The notes under the pieces are model-generated. The model was not told the origin of the DNA. It saw nothing but the letters and a program-made list of their open reading frames with translations, and ran no database searches. Positions 14,144 to 27,368 of a stretch of 64,000 nt of DNA are shown here, piece by piece; the first letter of the stretch is position 1; the number at the start of each line of letters is the position of its first letter. Origin of the DNA: Macrostomum lignano (Eukaryota); the NCBI GenBank assembly GCA_002269645.1, contig NIVC01001092.1, positions 62,001 through 126,000 of the forward strand. The letters run 5' to 3'. The position numbers and the translations under genes are program-made.

Positions 14144-17100
14144 ATGATACATAGTATTTTCTTTATAAACAATTCGGGGTAAGTAAGCAGTGAAGACAGT
14201 TACTTAGCTCTGTTTCTAAAATATATTGAATGAAAACATTCTCAATCTCTCTGTATTAATTTAAGTCTAATAATTATTTACTTATTTATCTCATCTAATT
14301 TATTTAGCCTTATAGCATATTGTTGCTATTTTTATTCATTTGTAACAAAACTCTGTTGATAATAAAAATATATCATTAGTTTAGCATAAGCTGTACTTCG
14401 TTCTATCTATTAATGATTTTTATCAGTGAATGATCTGCCTTGTCTAATTAAGCTAAAAATACTTTATTTTTAAGGTTTATAGATCTATTAAAGGTCCGGA
14501 CATCAAGAAGATCAGAGTAGATTCTAGTATTAGACAAGATCAGATCAGAGTAGTTAATAAATCTATTGATTTATCAACGATATTGATCTACAATAAACCA
14601 ATCTGCTTTATTTCTTAATCTAATAATATTCAGGTCAAACTTTATATAATCCAAAAGATGCTACATGAGAGAATAGCAATTTGTTTTTTTTGATAAATAA
14701 ATTGTGCATTCTGTTTTAGCATTCTGTTAGCCTATTATATTATGAATATGCTATGCATGCAAGTACAAATCACTTATTGTATATTATACAATATACATTC
14801 TACAGGCCCTACAAGTAAATATAAATATTTATATAGAAATATAACTATATTATAAATGTCATTTTTTAATCAAATAATAGCCTAAGCTCATTCAAGTTCA
14901 AACTCACCTTACCACTACCTATCCCTTCCTCTACTCTATATTATTATATATATATTTTTTTCTACTAAAATCTCTTTAACTCACATTTACTTTTTTACTT
15001 CTAATAATAACTTCTATTAAATTTGCTGCTTAAAAACACAAAACTTATACTATGCCAAGAAAAGTCGTTTTGCTTTAAAAAGCTACTTAATAAAAAAGTT
15101 GCCAAAGACAAGACAAGCTTATATACAAGATAGTATGTAATGAACTAGAGTTATATCTGTTCTTTCTAAGAATTCTATTCACTTATCTACCTCTATCACA
15201 TAGTTATATGTCAAAAGTTTCTACCCTTAAGAATAAGATCATAACCTAAAAGATTATATCTAAAAGCATTTTGCCACATTAGTTAGACTATGTTAAAATT
15301 AAGTGCATTATGCAACTTTTACTGTAAACTAATTTTATTTTTATGTATTTCAAAATTGTATCCTCAAATTAGAACTTGGATGTGGTTTTGCATTTTGCCA
15401 CTAGTTAAAAACCTAGATGATAAAACAAAATGCTTAGTTAGTTGAAGAAATAAATACATGACAAATTAATTCTTAATCAGAATAGTGGACAAAGCAGAGT
15501 TATATCTATTAGCCCATCATATTGTTTCTATAATTATTGTTTATGATATAATACCCTGTAGTTTTATCTTGCTTAAATTATTGTTTTTTATACTTTAGGG
15601 CAAATATTCCTTTTTTAATTTCAATTTCTATAAAAAAGAACTTTTTTAGACAATTCCTTTCTATAATTTTTTCCTTATTTTTCTTTTAGTAGCAAAATGC
15701 CATAGCCCACAGGGTATCCCCTGAAAAACTTTGCTTTACCAAAATAAATAAATTCAAGCAAAAATTAATAAGTATATATGAAATATGAAATATTCTTTTT
15801 TATGTACCTTTTAAACAAGATCAAGTTGCCAGACTCTAGGTTCTAGATCATACATGGGCAACAGTCGGCTGAGTCAGCCGATCCGGCCGACCGATTTGGC
15901 GGCCAACCAAGGAAGTCACAAAAATGCCCACCCAAAAACACCCAAGTAGTAGTACTAAGTAGCTGACGAGGCATTACGGCTTAATAAGACAGTCATAGTT
16001 ACTCCTGCCGTTTACCCAAAGCTACCCGTTTACCCAATTTTGCTTTATGGTTTTTTTACATGTAAGTCGCATTTTTGGCCAAAAACTACGTCGCATTTTT
16101 GTTAAAACTAAGTCGCACGGCCGACCGAATTTTGGAGGTTGCGCATGTATGCTCTAGATATTGATCTAGATTTTATCCATTACTATTTTATTCTTATACA
16201 TAATAACTTCTGCCCATTTTCTGAGCAGAAAATGGCCTCCTTAAGTTCAACTAGCTAGTGTTTTAAAGCCAGTATGCCTTATTAATTTTAGAGATATATT
16301 TCTGGAGAAGCACTACAAACGTGTAATTCCAAAGTCAATCTGTGATTACTTCTTTGAAGAAGTTACAAAGGTGAGTTTGTTTCTATATATTGACTTATCT
16401 GTCTTATGAAGTTGTATTCTTATGAAGTTGAAGTCTTATGAAGGCCTGGTTCTCATGACAATTCAATTAAATTTTCAGAATTCCTCTCCAGAGAATGTGC
16501 CGCCAATCATTCAGACGCCGAATCACATACTAATCAGCATCTATCGGGCCCAGATGCATTTTGTCGCAGTTTGCAAAAGCGAAGTTCCGCCGCTGTTTGT
16601 CATCGAATTTCTGCATCGCCTAGCCGACATAATCAAAGATTATTTTGATGAAGTGTCAGAGACCAGCATTAAGGACAATGTTGTCATCGTGTATGAGGTA
16701 CAGCAAACTTTAAAAGGAGGTTTCTACTGGCATTCTGTTTTTTAGGATAACAATTGTTGGGTATCCTATGACAGTTAGAGCTTCAGCTACTAGTAAGGGT
16801 CAAAATCCTTACTACTCAACGATGGGAACGCCAACCAATGTCACCCGCTCGTTTAATAACATTCAGAACTGTCGACAGTCCTTAACCCGAAACTGCGTTT
16901 TTCGTTTGCCAAAAAACGTCAAGCACTTAATGGATTTTTCAATTTTTCATTCATAAGTCTTAAGGACCTTCTTTAGTAGAAGCCAGAGTAGTTGGCCACT
17001 CTTGAGGCGACAGTAAAGCCGCAACCAGCAGCGAGGAGACGAGCCGTTACGTCCATTTCGCTGAACCACACTCACACCAGGATGTACAGCAGCCCTCACT

Positions 17101-20100
17101 TTCTCGTATCAGGCAGGTACACAAAGTTGACTAACATCGAAACCCAAACTGATGTGACAGCGCACGGTATCAAACTCACGGTAGTTTTGGCTCGAGAGAC
17201 GGGCACGTAACAGCAACAAAAACAGACACAGTCCAGTAAGGTCAAGCAGTCAGGGTGCATCAGTTGGCGCCCCGGTGTCGGGCGCCTGGCGTCGCACAGC
17301 AGGCAGTCCGTGTATCGACGAGTTCGATTTCGGGCCTGGCCCCGACTAAAGGGTGAACAGCAGGATGTCCTATAGACGCTAGGGACAGTAGCTCTCAGCC
17401 CAGATTACGTGGCCCGCCTATATAGCTTTATGGACCCTCTCGTCAGCTTGACAGTCTGCGCGGAACAGCCCCGAGTTCGCCGAGTCCAGCTGCCGCTCTA
17501 GCGTGGCCGTCAGCGTCCATGTCTCGGCGTTATACAGCAGGGCGGTCTCAGCCACCACCTGCCACAGCCGAGCCTTCTGACGATCGGGCAGCGCCTCGGA
17601 CTGAAGGACGGCCCGGATGGATCGATAGGCCGCCCAGGCGAGTCCTTTGCGCCACCAGATGTCCTTCTAATATAGGGCGTCAGACCGCCGAGGTAGATGA
17701 ACCGCTGACAGCGTGCGAGCGTGGCATTGAGAAGGTGATGGCCGCCATCTTTTTCCGTTGCTGCGACATCTTGCGGCCAGTGTTGCTCGAGCACGGCGTC
17801 ACAGTGTCTGTTGGATCGATACAGAGACTGTGACTGCTTGGCGGAGGTGCTCCAGTCACTTGATCAAGAGCGGCCAAAGTCGGTCCAGACAATGCAGCTT
17901 CAGCAACTGCCTTTTTCGGCTTATCCGCCCAGCCTTGCGACTTCTTCCTCTTTCCCAAAATGAATAAATTTTAGGAGAGGCGGTTTGACTCTGCCTTGCA
18001 TGCTGAGCTGGACTGTTCCAAAAAAGATTATTTGCATGGATCTGGATGGAAAATTATATTGAGAATTGTGATTAGGTTCCTAAGTAACCATGGGTATTAA
18101 AATTCAGCTGAATCCAACAATGAGAAATGCATTTTTCCGAGAACTCAACCAGCACCTCTATCACTATCCCCAGCTACTAGACGAAGTCCTTGACAACGGC
18201 TTCCCCTAGCAACGGAGTCCAATATCCTCAAAGAGCTAATCCGGCCGCCTAACCTGCTGCGCAGCTTGGCGGACACCATGACCGGCCGGAACTCCACCGT
18301 ATCGGCCACGCTGCCAACCGGCCAGCTGTCCAACATTCCGTGGCGGCGTAGCGGTGTGAAATACGCCAACAACGAAGCCTATTTTGATATTGTTGAAGAG
18401 CTGGACGCAATCGTTGATAAATTTGGCGGCGCTGTCTGCGCTGAGGTGCACGGCAGCATCGACTGCCTCATCAAATTGTCCGGCGTCCCGGATCTCACGC
18501 TCAGCTTCGTGAACTCGCGCCTGATTGAAGACGCCAGCTTGCATCCGTGCGTCCGGCACAGGCGATTCGAAGTTGAACGCCTGCTTAGCTTTGTACCGCC
18601 GGACGGCGGCTTCAGACTGATGGCCTATAGGGCCAGTTGCCATGGCAACCTGCCCGTACCGCTCGACCTGCGTCATACGATTAGCTTCAAACAGGCTAGT
18701 AAGTTCATATGAAACAGCTATGGGGCCCATTGTATACTCATGTTTCCTGTAATTTACACCAATTACTATTTCCATTAGATCCAATATACAAAAAAATGAT
18801 TATGTTGAACCATATATCTAGGTTAGCTATGTTATTGAATTTGAAGTCTCACGAAAGTAGAAAAGCCTTTAACAGTCACTAGTACTGCTCCCAGATCTGC
18901 AGAATCGCCTTTAACAGTCACTAGTAATGCTCCCAGATTTGCAGAATCGCCTTTAACAGTCACTAGTACTGCTCCCAGATCTGCAGAATCGCCTTTAACA
19001 GTCACTAGTACTGCTCCCAGATCTGCAGAATCGCCTTTAACAGTCACTAGTACTGCTCCCAGATCTACAGAATCGCCTTTAACAGTCACTAGTACTGCTC
19101 CCAGATCTGCAGAATCGCCTTTAACAGTCACTAGTACTGCTCCCAGATCTGCAGAAAAGCCTTTAACAGTCACTAGTACTGCTCCCAGATCTGCAGAAAA
19201 GCCTTTAACAGTCAGTAGCACTGCTCCCAGATCTCTTATTACAGAAGCATTTTCATATTTGCCGTGAAAACCTATCTAATTGCTCCCACCACGGGCCAAA
19301 CTGTTTCCCAGGCGGCAACAGCGGCCACCTCGAACTGACGGTGATTCCCCGACCGCCGTCCGGCCGCCAGCTTGAGGACCTCGTGCTGACGGTGCCGATG
19401 CCGCGGGCAGTGTCGGGCGCCAGCCTGGTGGCGAGCGCGGGCAAATACTCGTACGACACCGCCAGCCGCACTCTGGTTTGGACAGTCGGCCGGCTGGACT
19501 CTCAGAAGGGCGCCGGGTCGCCCACTCTGTGCGGAACGGTGTGTATTGGGGCTTGTCAAGTTTAGAGCCGGGCCAAACCCATTGAAATCGATAAAAATAA
19601 ATCATATTTCTGAGGCATTTTTTCTCGTAAATTAGACAAATTTAAACATTGAATTCTCCCTTGTCACTCATATTTTGACTCAACAGACACGGTTATGGCA
19701 TGAGGGGCTTCAAACACTTAAACTCACAATCCCTAAACCTCACAAACCCTAAACCTCACAATCCCTAAACCTCACTATCCCTAAACCTCACAATCCCTAA
19801 ACCTCACAAACCCTAAACCTCACAAACCCTAAACCTCACATTCCTTAAACCTCAAATCCCTAAACCTCACAATCCCTAAACCTCACAATCCCTTAACCTT
19901 ACAATCCCTTAACCTCACAAACCCTAAACCTCACAATCCCTAAACCTCACAATCCCTAAACCTCACAATCCCTAAACCTCACAATCCCTAAACCTCACAA
20001 ACCCTAAACCTCACAATCCCTTAACCTCACAATCCCTAAACCTCACAATCCCTAAACCTCACAATCCCTAAACCTCACAAACCCTAAACCTCACAATCCC

Positions 20101-22421
20101 TAAACCTCACAATCCCTAAACCTCACAATCCCTAAACCTCACAATCCCTTAACCTCACAATCCCTAAACCTCACAATCCCTAAACCTCACAATCCCTAAA
20201 CCTCACAAACCCTAAACCTCACAATCCCTAAACCTCACAATCCCTAAACCTCACAAACCCTAAACCTCACAATCCCTAAACCTCACGATCCCAAATCCTC
20301 AACAAATCCTTCCATACCTTCATCTGACAAAAGTCCAATTAGCATTACCATTTACCACAACCTCCATTAATAATATTGCTTGCTAATAGACTAGGCCTAA
20401 TGATATGAAAAGTAAGGTCTTTTGTGAAAGAGAATGCTCTTAGGGCATGTAAAATTTTGGTCTTGCTAAGATTTGTGTCTATTAGCCCAACTTGTGCTAA
20501 GCACTCGTACAATGCCTTTGACGCTTGCACCCACTAACACAAACTAATGCAGCTGGTGATGCAGACTGGCGCACCTGTGCCGGACTGCCGGCCCAGCATC
20601 CTTGTTAGCTTCAGCATCACTGGTTGGACCATATCTGGCCTGAAAGTGAACCGGCTGGACCTGCATGGCGAGGTTAGTACGGCTGTTATTATTGCTGAGT
20701 AATTTATAATAATAGTCTAAATAGCCTGCTAATCAAATTCAATTCTCAGAGCAAGCCGGTTCTGCATCAGAAAACTTCGGTAGGAGCTCTAAAATTCCAA
20801 TTGTCCGGCACACTTTTTGTGCCAATATTTTATTACAGGCAATCTCGTTCTTAAGTTTTATTCGTGGCTTTTGATATTACTATGCCGTAGTGGTTTGATT
20901 GCTTTTTTACATTTTGTGGCGTTTCCTGTTTATTTACAATCTTGGGCACTTTATAGGTTTATCTTACTACTATTTATACTAATAATTGATATGCATTCAA
21001 AATTTATGGGATACATTGCCTGGCAATGTATGCAGCGTGCCAGCTTATTAATAGTAAATTGTAACATTTTTCTCCTTTTGTAGTTATCGTAATTATTGAT
21101 TATGGCTAAGAATATTCCTTGTGACTTCAAACAAAACTTGGATAGAGGACAAAGTTTTATGGATAAGGGACATTATTGAGTATAGAAGGAAAGAACCGAG
21201 AGGAGAGAGGGCAAGGATTGAGGGGAGAGCGGACGGGATTGGGGAGAGCGGACAGGATTGGGGAGAGCGGACAGGATTGGGGAGAGGAAACAGGATTGGG
21301 GAGAAGAGACAGGATTGAGGGGAGAGGGGATGGGATTAAGGGGAGAGAGGACAGGATTGAAAGGAGAAGAGACAGGATTGAGGGAGAGGAGACACGATTG
21401 AGGGTAGAGAGGAGAGTATTGAAAGGAGAAGGGACATGATTGAGGGGAGAGGGGACAGGATTGAGGGGAGAGGGGACAGGATTGAGGGGAGAGGGGACAG
21501 GATTGAGGGGAGAGGGGACAGGATTGAGGGTAGAGAGGAGAGTATTGAAAGGAGAAGGGACAGGATTGAGGAGAGAGGGGACAGGATTGAGGGGAGAGGG
21601 GACAGGATTGAGGGGAGAGGGGACATGATTGAGGGGAGAGGGGACAGGATTGAGGGGAGAGGGGACAGGATTGAGGGGAGAGGGGACATGATTGAGGGGA
21701 GAGGGGACAGGATTGAGGGGAGAGGGGACAGGATTGAGGGGAGAGGGGACATGATTGAGGGGAGAGGGGACAGGATTGAGGGGAGAGGGGACAGGATTGA
21801 GGGGAGAGGGGACATGATTGAGGGGAGAGGGGACATGATTGAGGGGAGAGGGGACATGATTGAGGGGAGAGGGGACATGATTGAGGGGAGAGGGGACAGG
21901 ATTGAGGGGAGAGGGGACAGGATTGAGGGGAGAGGGGACATGATTGAGGGGAGAGGGGACAGGATTGAGGGGAGAGGGGACAGGATTGAGGGGAGAGGGG
22001 ACAGGATTGAGGGGAGAGGGGACAGGATTGAGGGGAGAGGGGACAGGATTGAGGGGAGAGGGGACATGATTGAAGGGAAAGGGGACAGGATTGAAGGGAG
22101 GGACGACAGAAGGTAGATGGACAGCGGCAGGGACACTTTAATTGCACTGGATTGGATGCTGTTTTACAACAGTAGGCATTTATATAGAATTTACAATTTG
22201 CATTTAATTGAGATCCACTGCTATACAGAAACTCGCATAATACTCCACTTGTGTATGAACTAATACGAGCGTAACTCTGGGGTTGTTGCTTCAAATGCTA
22301 CTGGTACAGTGTTTTTACTATAAGTAAGACATAAATTCCAACAAATTAATTGCAGAAATACAAGCCGTTTAAAGGTGTCAAATACGTGACGAAGGCGGGC
22401 AAACTCGAGTTCCGCACCTAA
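14144..22421 (+). CDS. AP3M1: AP-3 complex subunit mu, 7 coding exons; contains a 1-nt frameshift in exon 4 in this sequence
   Basis: Exons 14144-14178 (MIHSIFFINNSG), 16292-16370, 16479-16697, 18174-18698, 19312-19538, 20553-20672 and 22356-22421 (KYKPFKGVKYVTKAGKLEFRT*). They are collinear with mu3 proteins and GT-AG phases are consistent apart from a missing C at 18203-18206. AP3M1 versus AP3M2 cannot be distinguished. Confidence 0.93.
15844..16156. mobile_element. Short MITE-like element in AP3M intron 1
   Basis: Imperfect 19-bp TIRs TAGATCATACATGGGCAAC and TAGAGCATACATGCGCAAC, with subterminal GGCCGACCGA motifs. No TSD was found. Confidence 0.45.
17210..17960 (-). mobile_element. Degenerate RTE-clade non-LTR retrotransposon 3' fragment in AP3M intron 3
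   Basis: RT motif QRFIYLGG, then after a frameshift ...LLYNAETWTLT..LDSA, which is typical of RTE. The 3' end is shared with the copy at 30240. Confidence 0.75.
18866..19235. repeat. 42-bp minisatellite in AP3M intron 4
   Basis: Unit CCTTTAACAGTCACTAGTACTGCTCCCAGATCTGCAGAATCG, about 9 copies. Confidence 0.95.
19718..20295. repeat. 16-bp minisatellite AATCCCTAAACCTCAC in AP3M intron 5
   Basis: Period of 16 is directly visible. Confidence 0.95.
21200..22100. repeat. 21-bp purine-rich minisatellite ATTGAGGGGAGAGGGGACAGG in AP3M intron 6
   Basis: Period of 21 gives the IEGRGDR repeat ORFs. Confidence 0.96.
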
Positions 22422-22751
22422 GTGGCTTTGCCACCTCGATTTGAGCAAGGAGTCAATTTTTGACTGCTAAATACTGGCTTGATAGTTTTTGTGTGTCTTT
22501 GTCTTTATTTTCTATTGTTTTGTAATGCGTCCCGTTATATAACGCATGCAGCGGTGTTAAATTCTAGTCTTGCGACTGTCGTTTTTAAAGACGAATTTAT
22601 CATCTGCTCTGGCAGTGCAACTGACAGCTGGCGAAGTTCTTTAATTGTACGAGTATCTTTTAGAAGCAGAAATTTCAGTTGTTTTCAAATTGGGGTCAAA
22701 GTTTTAATTAAATTGTGGGTATCTTGATTCACAGCCTGCTTCACAGTCTGT

Positions 22752-23268
22752 AAGATTCACAACCTCCCAGATTCACAACCTCCCCAGATTCACAATCTCC
22801 CAGATTCACAACCTCCCAGATTCACAACCTCCCAGATTCACAACCCTCCTAGATTCACAACCCTCCCCGCTTCCCAACCTCCTACCGGTAGATTCACAAC
22901 ATCGCAGATTCACAACCTCTCAGATTCACAACCTCCCAGATTCACAACCCTCCTAGATTCACAACCCTCCCCGCTTCCCAACCTCCTACCGGTAGATTCA
23001 CAACATCGCAGATTCACAACCTCCCAGATTCACAACCTCCCAGATTCACAGCCTCCCAGATTCACAACTTCCCAGATTCACAACCTCCTACCGGAAGATT
23101 CACAACCTCCCAGATTCACAACCTCCTACCGGAAGATTCACAACCTCCCAGATTCACAACCTCCTACCGGAAGATTCACAACCTCCCAGATTCACAACCT
23201 CCCAGATTCACTACCTCCTACCAGAAGATTCACAACCTCCCAGATTCACAACCTCCCAGATTCACAAC
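22752..23268. repeat. 16-bp-based minisatellite AGATTCACAACCTCCC downstream of AP3M
   Basis: Directly visible, with higher-order variant blocks. Confidence 0.93.
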
Positions 23269-24269
23269 CAATTTGTGAGAATGTTTAGTGCCTGTGTGTC
23301 AGCGATAGCTTTCTATAGTGCAAATCATTTCCTAATAAATGTATTCCGTACTATAATTTTTTTCAGTAATAATAGTTGACGTTGTTGGTGCTAATTTGTT
23401 TTACTGGTTATAATTTTGTGTCTGTCTCTAGTCCACTATTTATAATACTTGCTGCTATTACTACTGTTACTATTGTTTCTATTATTATTATTCCAAATGC
23501 AAACACTGCGTTTCCTCTGAGAGCCCTTTTATTGATTTATTTTTTTGGTGATTGGCTTACTTCGTGTTGTGAAAGAATATTTACTGCTTCTTTATTGTTG
23601 CCTGTCACTTTCTGCAAGCATACTTTTATAACAATCAGTCCTATTGTCCGCCTTTTCCTCTTTCCTGTAATACATTATTTTGTCTCCGTGTCTTCAGTTG
23701 TCGCCGCAATATTTTTCTTGAATATTTTTTTCATTATTAGAAGAATTTATTTTGATTTATTTGTTTTCTGGCTGTACTAATTATTATATTGTTGTGCGTC
23801 CTGTTGCCATCCGAGTTAATTTGTTTGTTTGCAATTAAAATTATTAAACTGATTAACTATAACAGTCTGGTTTTTCCTTGTCTCTCTGATAAATTGATTC
23901 TATAAAATTACAATTCTGTTTGTTTGTGTTTCTTATTATTATTAAGAAATGTGCCATTTTTATTATTTCAGGCACAGGAAATGTCCGTAGGATATTAAAT
24001 TAACACAGAATCCTAACTTTCAAAGCAGAAAAGCTCTACGAATATCAACGGACCTATAAGAAAAGCAAGTCATATCAAAAGATAAACATCGGGTCTGCCT
24101 GCTATCAAAAGCAATTAATCGATTTTGTGCTGTAAAATGAAAAACTATACTTTCAAATGAAACTGAACTAAATAAAAAACCTGCCGAAAAATTTCCAAGA
24201 AACGTAAGTTTCCCGTCCTACTACTACGCTAATAAGCTAGTTAGCTAAGCTAGTAGTATGCTAGTAGTA

Positions 24270-24760
24270 TATGATATTGTGCATGTAAATTGTTTGCATA
24301 TACCGGCACTAGTAGTACAATATGATTGTGTACATGTACACAGCTTGCATATACTAGTAGTACAATATGATTGTGTACTTGTACACAGCTTGCATATACT
24401 AGTAGTACAATATGATTGTGTACATGTACACAGCTTGCATATACTAGTAGTACAATATGATTGTGTACATGTACACAGCTTGCATATACTAGTAGTACAA
24501 TATGATTGTGTACATGTACACAGCTTGCATATACTAGTAGTACAATATGATTGTGTACATGTACACAGCTTGCATATACTAATAGTACATTATGATGGCG
24601 TACATGTACACAGTTAGAATATACTATACTAGTAGTGCAATATAACGGTGTAAATATGTACACACGGTTTGAATCTACATTGTACTAGTAGTACTATATG
24701 ATTGTGTACTTTGTGTACTTTGCTTGCATATATTAGTAGTACAAAATGATGGTGTACATG
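24270..24760. repeat. 45-bp minisatellite
   Basis: Unit ACTAGTAGTACAATATGATTGTGTACATGTACACAGCTTGCATAT, matching the 15-aa repeat ORFs. Confidence 0.93.
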
Positions 24761-25355
24761 TACTTTCTTAGCTACTAGTTAAAAAAACAAAAAAGAACCG
24801 AGTTTCTTTATTTTTAATAATTATAAGCACTTGTACAGGTATACCACTTGGCCTGCAGCCAATATGTATTTATTAATCGCATAATCGATAGCTTTAGTCA
24901 AAATAAATTTTCAATCAACAATTACAGAGTAACAACGAATGCAAATATCGTGTCGCTATCCAATATTTAGTTATTAATGACCCGCCCATGTCGAACAGTC
25001 GAGTGCAGTCATCTTTTTTCCTTTGAATTCGGCAACGAAAGCCGCACATGTTATCGCCGCATCGAAAACCAACTGAAAAAACTTGACTCAAAAAATTAGG
25101 CATCAAAAAAGATTCAGCACAACGATAGATAATGTAAGTACCAATTGAACTTTCAATTATAAAACTTCAGTTATATGCAGACTTATTAAAAGATTTTAAC
25201 AAATATTGTGCCACATATTCTACTCTCAGTAGCTTCATAAGATTATTTATCACAATGGGAGATTGGGGAGGTTAGGGCGGCTGCACAGGTGGTGAAAGAG
25301 TTCTGAGTTGAAGTTGAAAATTCAAATTCGTCAGTCTGCAGAGCACATTTCAGTC

Positions 25356-27368
25356 TCAATTGGCCAAGTAGATCACCTGGTGGCGCTCCATCAACTCGAT
25401 GTCGCGCTCCAGCTGCTTCATCTCGCTCTCGATTCGCTCTTTGCGGTTCTTCTTGGGCACCGTGTCGGTCATGACGCTCAGCGACTGGTACTGGTGGTGC
25501 AGATCCTCCCAGTTCTTCTTCAGGCCGAACACGATGGCTTGGCGCTCCTCGTCAGTCAGCTGCTGCATGGCGCCCCGTTGCCGCATCTCCTTCACGTAGT
25601 TGTCGTATTCCTCCTGGGCCCGCCGGATCTCGTCGGCTCGCTTCTTCAGATACTCGGGCACCTCGCCGTAGTCTTTGCGGTTCCGGTAAACCGGTTCCAG
25701 GCCGCTCGGGTCCAGCGAAAACTTGTCGCCTTTGCGCGAGTCAACCAGATTCTTCTCCGGCTTCTTTGCCACGGACAGGATGTTCTCAACGGCGTTCTGG
25801 GCGATGAAGTTCTTCTTGGTCTTGATGCCCATCACTGGGGGCGCCTCGTTCGCCTTCGGCACGGGCGGCCGGCGGGGCTGACTCGACCTATCGTGCTCGT
25901 TCGGGTCGACGACAACTGATGGCGTGGAGGAGGGCAGTGTGGGGTCGCAATCATGCTCAGACTTTTATACATGTTTTCATTTAACACGTGCATTAGAAAG
26001 TTCCACCGATTTTACTAATATTGAATTTTGTGAGCAAGTTTTGAGAAAGATGATGCTTAGGAGAAGTCTCTCACAAGCTTGGAATGATACAAGCAAAAAT
26101 TAGATTTTAAATGCATCAATTTATCCAAGTTGTGAGTAATAGTTGACTTTTATCTGTGCTACTCACCTGCCGGGGGTTTGGTCTCTCTCGTGTGCTTCTT
26201 GAGAAACTCGTTGGGCTGGGCGGTAGGTACTTGGGCCTCGCCCATGGTTTTGTGAGCGAATCGGTTGGCTGCATACTGATCCTTCACTGTTGACTTGAAC
26301 CTGGACTGGTGCCTATTTTGGTGTAGAAGAGAAAAATGTCAATGTAGTCAGTGCATTCATATAGCCTCTTTATCACTCACTGACATGTCTCTAATCTATT
26401 GAGGTTTTGGTATGGGTTAAGTAATTGTTGATTTTTTATATTTTACACTATACATAAGCTTGAATATATTATAAACTATGAATCTATTATATATTAAACC
26501 AAATATCAAGGAAAACTGTATGTGCATTTTGTACTTTTTGAGCTAATTTAAAATGTGAATTTATTGTTATTAAACTAATAAGCGGCAGAAAAAATGTCTT
26601 ACTATATGTTATGTCTTAATAAATGTTTTTGTGTTACATTTTATTTAAAAAATAATTGACTGATAGCCTACATACATCTACTAGCTAGTTGAATTGAATT
26701 ACATAATAAAATATTTTATGTAAGAACTTTTTCTCTCAAGGTCAGCAAAAAGACCTGCTTTTAATTTCTTAATTGAAAGAGGGGCAATAATAAATAAAAT
26801 ATACGTAGAGGATAAATTAAACGGTAGCTTTCTCAAAAAAGTGGTAGTGGCGCCAATAACATTTTTATTAAATACTCACTCAAGGCAAAAATAGTAGCAG
26901 TAATAAGTCTACAAAACTGGAAAACAAAGCTACTTCTAGTAGATTTTTTAGTTTTAAATACAAACTGCCTATAGGTCTGGGTTTTTAGTTAAGTAGTTAG
27001 TAGTGACGACGCCAAATTTATACCAGCTAGGCGGCTACGTTTTTATCTGAGTTCAAGCACGAAATATTTTATTCAAAGTATTATTGCAGCAAATAGATGT
27101 TGAACTCCAATAATATATTAATAAAATGTAGAGATATTTCTTATTTTTCTTATTTCTTATGGGGCTACGATGCTTTATAAATAGCGCTTGATATATCTAA
27201 ACGAATTCAGTCGAGCAAGATGCGTTCTAACTCTAGTCCTACAGGCAAAAAAGTTTTTGTGAAAATTGACAAAAATAAGCATTATTGATCAACATACTTG
27301 GGCGGCCTTGCAGCTGCCGCTTCTTGGCGCGGAATAAGATTGTAAATATTTTCTGCGTGGCTGCTCAT
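25356..27368 (-). CDS. ENKUR: Enkurin (ciliary microtubule inner protein), 3 exons, 258 aa
   Basis: Exons 27368-27298 (MSSHAENIYNLIPR..), 26312-26167 (..KTMGEAQV..FLKKH) and 25915-25356 (PVMGIKTKKNFI..GLKKNWE..MKQLERDI..VIYLAN*). GT-AG with consistent phases. Confidence 0.94.

Noticed and set aside
16839-17212. Possible solo LTR (TGTCAC...GTAACA)
   Set aside because: The inverted termini are imperfect, no TSD matches, and there is no second copy in the window.
19718-20295. CCCTAAA, the plant-type telomere motif
   Set aside because: It is only part of a 16-bp unit and is not a tandem telomeric repeat.
21173-22294. IEGRGDR and SPQSCPL repeat ORFs, superficially collagen- or adhesive-like
   Set aside because: They come from the 21-bp array inside AP3M intron 6, which is bounded by well-supported exons.
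23376-23780. 134-aa hydrophobic ORF
   Set aside because: It lies in T-rich low-complexity DNA, has a non-ATG start, and shows no recognisable domain.
25308-25919. Plus-strand 203-aa ORF, and similar antisense ORFs over PSMC3, AP3M, ZNF and the Gypsy element
   Set aside because: They are antisense shadows of GC-rich coding exons.
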